The position numbers and the translations under genes were made by a program. A stretch of 33,987 nt of DNA from IMG/VR virus record IMGVR_UViG_2852342079_000003; one strand, given 5' to 3'. This document shows positions 26,822-33,987 of the stretch, piece after piece. The stretch's first letter is position 1. The number at the start of each line of letters is the position of its first letter. The notes under the pieces are model-generated. The model was given only the letters and a program-made list of their open reading frames with translations, was not told the DNA's origin and did not search any database. This stretch comes from an uncultured virus (IMG/VR IMGVR_UViG_2852342079_000003). Taxonomy: Duplodnaviria > Heunggongvirae > Uroviricota > Caudoviricetes.

Positions 26822-29800
26822 TGGGTGGGAGTGGTGGATTAATTTCAAAAGTCGTGGGTGCGGGCTTAATGATTGCGGGGCTATTTACTGGAGGCGTCAC
26901 CTCTGCGATGGGCATGGCGCTGATGGCAGCAGGCGTCGCGGTGCAAGTCGCAGGTTCGCTTATCTTTAAGCCTAAACTGCCTTCCATGAATTATCGAGAT
27001 ACCAGTGAACGCAAACAGATGTTACGTTCATCGTCTGCCCCTGAAACCGTGATCGTCGGAAAAACAGTGATATCGGGTTTGCTTTTCTTCGCCGAAGAAG
27101 AGGCGGGTGAACAAGATGAAAACGAAAAAATCACACTGGCATTAGCGTTAGCAGGGCACCCCATAGAGAAAATTGGGAAGATCTGGTTAGGGGACGATTT
27201 AATTGAGACTTTTGGTGATAAAGCCTCATGGGAATTACATAACGATAGGGAAGATGCCGCTCCCTTTATGCTTAAAAATTGCCCGTCATGGAAAGAGGAT
27301 ATGATTGGTCGAGGTCTAGCGTGGTTACGTGTGACACTCACGTTTGACCAAGAAAAATTCCCCTATGGATTACCCAATGTGAAATGTGAAGTTTGGGGAA
27401 AACATCTGTTTGATCCTCGCACTGGGCAAACTGTGTGGGGTAACAATGGGGTCTTAGTGATTTTGGATTATTACCGCCATTATTTAAAAGTACCTGATAC
27501 GGATATTGACTTTGACAGCTTTAAACAGGCGGCCGATTTATGTGATGAAAAAGTGAGTCTGCCAGAAGGCGGATTTGAGCCGCGATATACCCTTAATGGC
27601 GCCTATGATTTAAATGAGAGTCCATCCAGTGTCTTGGAGGCGATGCACAAATGTATTAACGCGGAACCAACATTCACCGCAGGAAAACACGGTATTCAAA
27701 TCGGCGCTTATTATGGGCCGGCAATAAAAACCATTACCGAATCACAATTGATTGGCACCGTCACGTGTACCCCTGAAACAGGATTAAAAGACGCGACCAA
27801 TGCGGTGTATGGCACGTTTATTGATGCCGAACAGTTGTACACAAAAACGGATTTCACGCCTGTGATTGTAGACGAATGGGTGAAAGAGGATGGCTTAGAA
27901 ATTCGAGAGAACATCGACTATCGTTTTGTCACCAGCCCTTATCAAGCCCAACGATTAGCTCGCCAATATCTTCGCAAAAAGAAAGCGGGAAGACGGGTTC
28001 AACTCACGATGAACTTAGACGGCTATGCTTATCGTCCGGGGGAAGTTGTGCTTTTAGCATTACCTTCTTTGGGGATTAGTGGGCTGGAATTCCGTATTGC
28101 CGAATGGTCTTTCCATGCATTAGACGGTGTGGCTTTAACGTTGGAAGAGGATGGTGCCTATTTATATGAAGATGTGATTGGTAAACCGTTTGAGCGTCCA
28201 CCGTTTGTGAGTTTACCCACTGGCGGTGTTGCTTCCCCTATTAATCTTGCTTTTGTTCCACTTGCCGTCAGTGACATTGTTCAAGGTATGCTTTCTTGGC
28301 AGAATGTGGCGTCTGATGTGCGCTACAACACGGTTAATATCCTTCAAAACGGTAGAGTGATTCAATCTATTCAGGTGCCGGGTGAGCGCGTTGATATTAA
28401 CGGATTAGCACGAGGAACTTATCGTGTTGAAGTTAGAGCGACGAATATGGCGGGGGCAATGTCGGCACCCGCTATCAGTGATTTTGCTATCCAAGCACCG
28501 CCAGCTCCCATTAAGGTTGATGTTACTTCGGGAATGTTCAGCCTCACCGTCTCGCCAAAACAAGGTGATAGTGCTGTCTTGGGTTATACCTTTGAGTTTT
28601 GGTTTAGTGAGGAAAAACTCGCTAATCTTTCTGAAAATGAAGTGATCACCAAAACAAACAAAGTTGGCCAAGGGAATTTCTGGACGCAAGAGAATTTAAA
28701 AGCAGGACATACGTATTATTTTTATGTTCGAACAATCAACAGCTATGGCAAATCACCTTTTGTGGAGGCTTCTGGTGTTTGCTCAGCTCAAACGGAGTTG
28801 CTTCTTGATGAATTAGCGGGGCAAATCAGCCGAGACCAACTCGCACAAGACTTATTGGGTGAAATTAACAGTAAAGCTAACCAAATCGATATTACTGAAT
28901 TACATGAGTTGATGAGGATAAATCATGACAAGATTTTATCTGAGTTGATGAGGCATGGAGCAACGATTGAAGAAAGTGAAAAAAAATGGGAGGAGGCAGG
29001 AAAATTACTGGCTGAGCGGATAAATCAAGTTTCAACGGCAACAGAAGCACAGGCAGCCGCAATTAAACAAGAGCAACAAGCACGTATTGAGACTGATAAA
29101 ACCGAAGCACAACAACGCCAATTCTTAGCCACTCAACTTCGTGGTGATTATACCGGTAATGATTTATCGAAAGTCACCGCAGGACTCATTTCCGCAGAGA
29201 AACAAGCACGTGTTACAGGCGACCAAGCAGAAGCGAAAGCCCGACAATCACTGGAAACACGGATGAATGGGAATGTTTCAGCGATTAATAAATCATTAGA
29301 AACCCTCACCTCGAAACAGCAAGCACAAACGCAAGAGATTTCAACGCTCAATTCAAATCTTAAGGGGAAAGCTGATAGCAGTGTGGTGAATGCGTTAAAT
29401 ACGCGAGTAACTAATCTCGATGGCAAAGTGATGTCCGCAACCTCTCAGGTACAAACGTTATCCAGCAAATTAGATACAGTGAAAGCCGATTTAACGGAGT
29501 CTGTGGTGGTGGATTTAGATTTATCTAAACTCAATGAAAACACCTATTATCCGATTATTTTGCCATTAGTAACTTCTCGACGTTATGCCTTTAAGGTTTT
29601 TAGGACATTAGGGCAATATAGAGACAATAAACCGAGCTATGCGACTCACAATACCAAAGGTTTTGCCATGATTGTGGAATGGCAAGTGAGTGGTTCTGGA
29701 TGGGGAACCCAGTCTGAAAACCGCATCATTGATAATTTTGATTGGCGATGGACAAATCAATCCCCTGTGATGGGGCCAGCTCAATTAACGAATGGTTCTG

Positions 29801-30546
29801 TGGAATATATCTATTTGCGAGGAGGTGCTAAATATCAGCTCACTAAGCATAAAAGTGTTAACCATCAAATTATCACCCGCACTTATACCAATAACAAACA
29901 ATCGGTGGCACCAAAAGGATTTGTGGCGAATGAAGTACCTAAGTCCAGCGAACAGAAAGCCAATGCAACGGCGAATGCGGTAAACCAACTTGAAACTAAG
30001 GTGACTGAGGTCTCAGGTAAAGTGACCTCTACCGCCCAGCAAGTCACTCGCCTTGAAAGCCAAGTGGGTACAAGTTCAGCCAAAATCGAACAAACGTCGA
30101 AAGTGGTCACCGACATAAATGGCAAAATTTCCGCATCATGGACAATGAAAGTTCAGCAAGATAGCAAAGGGAATAAAGTCATTACGGGCATTGGCTTAGG
30201 GTTTAATGCACAAGGAAATAGCCAATTTCTGGTCAATGCCCAAAACTTTGCAGTGATATCGTCATTAAATGGCAAAGTGGTGACACCGTTTATCGTGAAG
30301 AATGGACAGGTGGTTATTCATGAAGCCTTAATGGATAAAGCGTGGATACAAAAATTAGTGGTACTCGATTATTTTAAATCATCAGGATTTGATAAAGGGA
30401 ATGGCTTTTTATTGGATGCTAAAAACAATGTTTTTCGCTTTACGAGTGGTAATGGAGGGACAACATTAACCAATCAAAATTTATATGTAAAAGACGAAAC
30501 TGGGTATAATGTTGTTATTATTGGTGATATTACAAATGAGCGATAA
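26821..30546 (+). CDS. Tail tip / host-specificity protein (J-like)
   Basis: FN3-like YYFYVRTINSYGKS, coiled coils, DUF1983-like SASWTMKVQ...GIGLG...SQFLVNAQNFAV; TAATG coupling. Confidence 0.92.
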   Translation: MGGSGGLISKVVGAGLMIAGLFTGGVTSAMGMALMAAGVAVQVAGSLIFKPKLPSMNYRDTSERKQMLRSSSAPETVIVGKTVISGLLFFAEEEAGEQDENEKITLALALAGHPIEKIGKIWLGDDLIETFGDKASWELHNDREDAAPFMLKNCPSWKEDMIGRGLAWLRVTLTFDQEKFPYGLPNVKCEVWGKHLFDPRTGQTVWGNNGVLVILDYYRHYLKVPDTDIDFDSFKQAADLCDEKVSLPEGGFEPRYTLNGAYDLNESPSSVLEAMHKCINAEPTFTAGKHGIQIGAYYGPAIKTITESQLIGTVTCTPETGLKDATNAVYGTFIDAEQLYTKTDFTPVIVDEWVKEDGLEIRENIDYRFVTSPYQAQRLARQYLRKKKAGRRVQLTMNLDGYAYRPGEVVLLALPSLGISGLEFRIAEWSFHALDGVALTLEEDGAYLYEDVIGKPFERPPFVSLPTGGVASPINLAFVPLAVSDIVQGMLSWQNVASDVRYNTVNILQNGRVIQSIQVPGERVDINGLARGTYRVEVRATNMAGAMSAPAISDFAIQAPPAPIKVDVTSGMFSLTVSPKQGDSAVLGYTFEFWFSEEKLANLSENEVITKTNKVGQGNFWTQENLKAGHTYYFYVRTINSYGKSPFVEASGVCSAQTELLLDELAGQISRDQLAQDLLGEINSKANQIDITELHELMRINHDKILSELMRHGATIEESEKKWEEAGKLLAERINQVSTATEAQAAAIKQEQQARIETDKTEAQQRQFLATQLRGDYTGNDLSKVTAGLISAEKQARVTGDQAEAKARQSLETRMNGNVSAINKSLETLTSKQQAQTQEISTLNSNLKGKADSSVVNALNTRVTNLDGKVMSATSQVQTLSSKLDTVKADLTESVVVDLDLSKLNENTYYPIILPLVTSRRYAFKVFRTLGQYRDNKPSYATHNTKGFAMIVEWQVSGSGWGTQSENRIIDNFDWRWTNQSPVMGPAQLTNGSVEYIYLRGGAKYQLTKHKSVNHQIITRTYTNNKQSVAPKGFVANEVPKSSEQKANATANAVNQLETKVTEVSGKVTSTAQQVTRLESQVGTSSAKIEQTSKVVTDINGKISASWTMKVQQDSKGNKVITGIGLGFNAQGNSQFLVNAQNFAVISSLNGKVVTPFIVKNGQVVIHEALMDKAWIQKLVVLDYFKSSGFDKGNGFLLDAKNNVFRFTSGNGGTTLTNQNLYVKDETGYNVVIIGDITNER

Positions 30547-30868
30547 TTATGGCATGGTAATCAAATCTAAAAAATATGGAATTAATTTATTAAATACATC
30601 CGATAGGGTTGGACGAATTGTTGGTTGGCATGATATTACTCCTATACCACTTATGACTAAAAAAACTTTTAGTTATGACCATTCTGATCTAAATAAATAT
30701 GGAGAAGTATTTGCTTGGTTTGGAACTTCTTTTATGAGGGGGTTAGCTGGAGATGTTATTTTAAATATTAATAACGGGGTAATTATTCTTGAACTCGATA
30801 ATGTTTATAGAAATGGCTTAATCGATATATATGATGACATCATTAGGTTATATTATGGAGTATATTGA
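30536..30868 (+). CDS. Small tail-tip-associated protein
   Basis: Starts MSDNYG, ends YYGVY; typical of the gene after J. Confidence 0.7.
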   Translation: MSDNYGMVIKSKKYGINLLNTSDRVGRIVGWHDITPIPLMTKKTFSYDHSDLNKYGEVFAWFGTSFMRGLAGDVILNINNGVIILELDNVYRNGLIDIYDDIIRLYYGVY

Positions 30869-31554
30869 TGGGTAAATATGGCATTATTATAAAAGGAAAG
30901 GATCGTCATATTCAAATAGATAGCTTTAATACGGTTATGAACTGTATTAGAAAGCAGACTGTTGTAATGAAAGGTGGGATAGTATCTGGAAATCAAGGAT
31001 ATTATACTGAATTACCGATTACCCCACATTTATCTACAAAGTTATTTGCTGTATCACCTAATAATGTTTTTGTTAAAGTTATTGGGGGAGCCATAAAAGG
31101 AAGTGATAAAAATATCCAGATATCCCAACCTTATAATGACTCTTCGGGTAGTGTTGATGTATTTGAATTTGGTGATTTTCCGAATAATATTTTTAAAGAA
31201 AAATATGGAGTCGTTATAAAAAATAGTAGTACAAAACAGACTGTTTATAACTCTAATTGGGGGGTGCTAAAAATAGTAGGATATTTTATTGCATCATGGA
31301 AAGAAGATATTGATTATCAATTACCAAATATAAAAGATTTAGCTTTCGTTTTTGGTGGCGGAATGGGAGGAATATGGGAAGATGGATTTGAAGGGGCTTG
31401 GATGGATACTTTTATTAAAAGAGTGGGAAATACGTTACAAGTAAGATATAAAGAAGCTGTTCTTTGGAGCACAGGCAGTGCAAATCGTGATTTATCTAGA
31501 TTTCCATCTACTTGCTTAATAATAGATGTGAGCGATATTAAGAAGGTATTATGA
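30865..31554 (+). CDS. Tail-tip-associated protein (J-cor interval)
   Basis: YGII....IQIDS, second YGVVIKN....VYNS repeat, C-terminal LIIDVS. Confidence 0.7.
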   Translation: MMGKYGIIIKGKDRHIQIDSFNTVMNCIRKQTVVMKGGIVSGNQGYYTELPITPHLSTKLFAVSPNNVFVKVIGGAIKGSDKNIQISQPYNDSSGSVDVFEFGDFPNNIFKEKYGVVIKNSSTKQTVYNSNWGVLKIVGYFIASWKEDIDYQLPNIKDLAFVFGGGMGGIWEDGFEGAWMDTFIKRVGNTLQVRYKEAVLWSTGSANRDLSRFPSTCLIIDVSDIKKVL

Positions 31555-31817
31555 AAAAAATAATTTTATTATCTATTGCGGTATTTATTTCAGGCTGTGT
31601 TGATAGAAAACCTATAAATTATCAGACAGTGGAGTGTGTTGGTTTAATTAAAATTCAGACTATTGAAAAATATCAGAGTTTTAAATTAAGTCGCTATAAT
31701 AATGATAATAATATGTATTTTGGATACGGTAAAGCAGGTTTATGGCAAGGCGGTTGGGTTAGCCCTGATATGTTTGACAAAATATATTGCAAAGATAATT
31801 CACATATAAAAAAATAA
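31551..31817 (+). CDS. cor: Cor-like superinfection-exclusion lipoprotein
   Basis: Lipobox ISGC, internal C.G, C-terminal WVS...F....C; same position as cor in N15/HK022/phi80. Confidence 0.7.
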   Translation: MKKIILLSIAVFISGCVDRKPINYQTVECVGLIKIQTIEKYQSFKLSRYNNDNNMYFGYGKAGLWQGGWVSPDMFDKIYCKDNSHIKK

Positions 31818-31833
31818 ATTTAGGAAATAAATC

Positions 31834-32214
31834 ATGATATACACAACAGGCACTGTTAGCACAGTGTCAGGGTCTGCTATTGTCTCTGGCACAGGTACCA
31901 TTATTTTAATTAAAAATGGTAATGCTAATTTTATTTATATGGTGGACAGGGTTAATAGCGATACAGAATTAGTCATTTCACAACCGGCTACATTTACCGT
32001 AAAAAACACTAGTTACAGCATTAATCTCACTGAGCCGAACTCATACAGCGACGCTAATAATCGTATGACCGCTATTGCATCAGATATTACGTAGTTCTTA
32101 AACGAGCAACGAGTTACGCTCGATGGTGTTAAAAAAGTGCTGGGGGATATTAGTAAAAAGTTAGATAAAAGTGGTGTGGACCTTTCAGGGATTTCGAAGT
32201 GCGATTACACGTAA
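31834..32214 (+). pseudogene. Side tail fibre N-terminal remnant
   Basis: MIYTTGTVS...VSGTGT...VNSDTEL; TAG at 32092 with the frame continuing (FLNEQRVTLDG...) to TAA 32212. Confidence 0.75.
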
Positions 32215-32773
32215 TACACAAATGGCTTATTGTGTGTTTCGACAAAAATCCACCTTAAAGGCGGGCGCTATTGGTCTTTGCCGACAATATTATCGCATTT
32301 AGATAAGTGTGTTGTGTTTTATCATACCACCAACCCTCAAGCGGAAGTGAGCTATTTAGCGCATAAAAAGCAATTATACAGTTCAGCCCAAACAGACATT
32401 TATGTGTGTGTATTCGTTTCAGGAATGGTTTTGACCCCGAAGAAACGTTGGGGGTTATCACTGTACAGTGAAGATGGAGCGCGGGTCTTTAATACGGACT
32501 ATCTGCCTTTTACCCGAGGACAATCAATGGCATTGTTATTACGGAAGGGGAGTGTAGAGACTCCATATAGCTTGCCTTTAGTCTGTGCAACCAGTCAGTT
32601 TGTGAATGCATCTTATCAGGATGACCACATTGATTGGGCCAAGCGCAATACGGGGATACGTTTTCGGGGGAAAACAGATTTTTGTGAGCGAATGGATACG
32701 TGATGTTCATCGGCAACATCATGTAGAGCAACGTATTCCCTTTTATATCCTTAATGGTTCACATTATTTTTAA
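32215..32773 (+). pseudogene. Fragment of a second tail-tip-associated gene, frameshifted
   Basis: WGLSLYSEDGARVFNT motif; no ATG/RBS; after the G5A4 run (32666-32674) the +1 frame gives KQIFVSEW...PFYILNGSHYF*. Confidence 0.6.
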
Positions 32774-32795
32774 TAAAATAAATACCTGTCTATAT

Positions 32796-33101
32796 TTATG
32801 TAGGATACATGTCGTTTTTCTTTATTGGCATAATGATTTCTGCTGATAATGATTGTTTTGCTTTAATTATCTCTTTTTCATTTGAAAAATTATAATTAGG
32901 TAATAGTTCTTGAGGTTTAACCCCTAAAACAAACGCGATAGAGAATAAATGTTCAACGGTAATTTTCGCACCTCCATTTTCTAACCGAGAGTAATGTTGT
33001 TGGCTTATTCCGAGCTTGTTGCTCATTTGTTTACCTGTTAATTTTAGCTCCGTCCTTTTTTGTTTTATTTTATGCCCGATGATGAAATCTAGCGTACCCA
33101 T
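32796..33101 (-). CDS. MrpJ-like XRE-family HTH regulator
   Basis: IGHKIKQKR...LGISQQHYSRLENG resembles the MrpJ-family SQQQFSRYE motif; GGAG RBS. Confidence 0.8.
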   Translation of the reverse strand: MGTLDFIIGHKIKQKRTELKLTGKQMSNKLGISQQHYSRLENGGAKITVEHLFSIAFVLGVKPQELLPNYNFSNEKEIIKAKQSLSAEIIMPIKKNDMYPT

Positions 33102-33173
33102 GATTTTTTATCTCCGTTATAGATAATTTGTAATTAGCTTTTATAAAGCAAAGAGTTACAAGACTATTCTATT

Positions 33174-33199
33174 ATAGATAAAAATATTTTTTTATCTAT
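33174..33199. promoter_or_regulatory. Perfect 11-bp inverted repeat upstream of the MrpJ-like gene
   Basis: ATAGATAAAAA-TATT-TTTTTATCTAT. Confidence 0.45.
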
Positions 33200-33340
33200 T
33201 AAAATAAAACTTTTTATATGGTAGGCATACACTACATCTGTATGTGTTAGAAGAATATGAAGGGGAACGAAGGTTAGAGGGAAATGACATGGTATTGTAT
33301 TTTAAAATTCAAACAGCTACTAGTTAATATTAGTATTGAT

Positions 33341-33390
33341 TTGACATTCTCCCCGCTCTGAAGGATGGGGTTTTACGGCGCACCTGATAA
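33341..33390 (+). mobile_element. IS200/IS605-like end remnant
   Basis: GC-rich island TTGACATTCTCCCCGCTCTGAAGGATGGGGTTTTACGGCGCACCTGATAA with CCCCG..TGAA..GGGG hairpin in AT-rich DNA. Confidence 0.55.
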
Positions 33391-33491
33391 GATTTTTTAT
33401 TATTACAAACTTATCATTTGAGAAAAGAGCTTTGTATATAGTGGCCGTAATATTATAAGTTCTTTGTGTCTTTTGTAATGGGCTATTTGGA

Positions 33492-33752
33492 TTAATCAAT
33501 TCTGATGTACTTACCTTCAATAAAGACCTCTCCGTCATTTTCGCATTTCACAAGACGACACTTTCCTTGTAATCCATACCGACTAACGACACAGCGAACA
33601 CCCGGTGATGAACTTGAGTCATGGTGTTTGTTTTGTCGCCTTTCATAGCTGGATATCTTCTCTAATAAGCCATCTTTAACCATGCTATCTAATGTTATGC
33701 GGGTAGATTCGAGAATATTTTTCTTATCAAAAGAATCTATTTCTTTAAGCAT
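33492..33752 (-). CDS. Hypothetical protein downstream of theta homologue, possibly 5'-truncated
   Basis: 86-aa ORF starting 4 nt after the holE-like stop; no clear RBS. Confidence 0.5.
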   Translation of the reverse strand: MLKEIDSFDKKNILESTRITLDSMVKDGLLEKISSYERRQNKHHDSSSSPGVRCVVSRYGLQGKCRLVKCENDGEVFIEGKYIRID

Positions 33753-33756
33753 CGCA

Positions 33757-33987
33757 CTACTCTATTTTCAAATACTGCACCGAATTCCCATCCGGCAACT
33801 GCTTACTTATCTCACGATAAAACGCTAATCGTTCATTAAAGTATGCTCTCAAATGTGCTGGTTGTTGTCGTTCAACTTCTGAGGCGACAACTGGCATATT
33901 GAGTCGTTCTTTATATGCGACACCACTTGCGGTCAAATCGACATTAATCTTGTCTTTTTCTTCTTGAGTTAGGTTTGCGAGGTTCAT
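33757..33987 (-). CDS. holE: DNA polymerase III theta subunit homologue (HolE/phage Hot)
   Basis: [32 protein letters not shown]...[13 protein letters not shown]. Confidence 0.9.
   Translation of the reverse strand: MNLANLTQEEKDKINVDLTASGVAYKERLNMPVVASEVERQQPAHLRAYFNERLAFYREISKQLPDGNSVQYLKIE

Noticed and set aside
12766..30125. Numerous minus-strand and alternate-frame ORFs within head and tail genes (e.g. 13376-13717, 20023-20430, 22501-22920, 24107-24490)
   Set aside because: They are shadows of well-supported + strand genes, with no RBS or recognisable motifs
26821..32773. Diversity-generating retroelement or invertible tail-fibre cassette
   Set aside because: No reverse transcriptase, invertase, TR/VR pair or flanking inverted sites seen by eye
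33320..33538. 72-aa minus-strand ORF
   Set aside because: It overlaps the neighbouring ORF, runs through the IS-like scar and has no recognisable features
32774..33987. Prophage attR site
   Set aside because: Cannot be identified without the left end or integrase; no tRNA 3' fragment or direct repeat is visible

Overview
An AT-rich lambdoid prophage segment, probably from Proteus or another Morganellaceae host (inferred from the low GC and an MrpJ-like gene), oriented almost entirely on the + strand. In order: end of a YmfL-like gene, replication initiator with 23-bp-periodic iterons, a nonsense-inactivated Dam methylase, RusA, KilA-N, DUF968, antiterminator Q with pR'/tR', and a moron block (DNA methylase, unknown protein, PliC-type lysozyme inhibitor, convergent gene pair). 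Next come the lysis cassette (dual-start holin, SAR endolysin, unannotated 52-aa membrane ORF, Rz/Rz1), a ~650-bp non-coding region with two candidate leftward sRNAs and structured RNAs, Bro-N, HNH, cos/terminase, an HK97-type head and a siphovirus tail (G/GT -1 frameshift, TMP, J with an inserted domain), and a Cor-like lipoprotein. The right end is decayed: side tail fibre pseudogene, MrpJ-like regulator, IS200/IS605-like scar and a holE/hot homologue. No complete novel multi-gene system can be proven from sequence alone. The best candidates are the RNA-dense Rz-to-Bro-N interval and a dispersed set of envelope-protective morons. All family calls come from motif recognition and synteny; no database searches were run.
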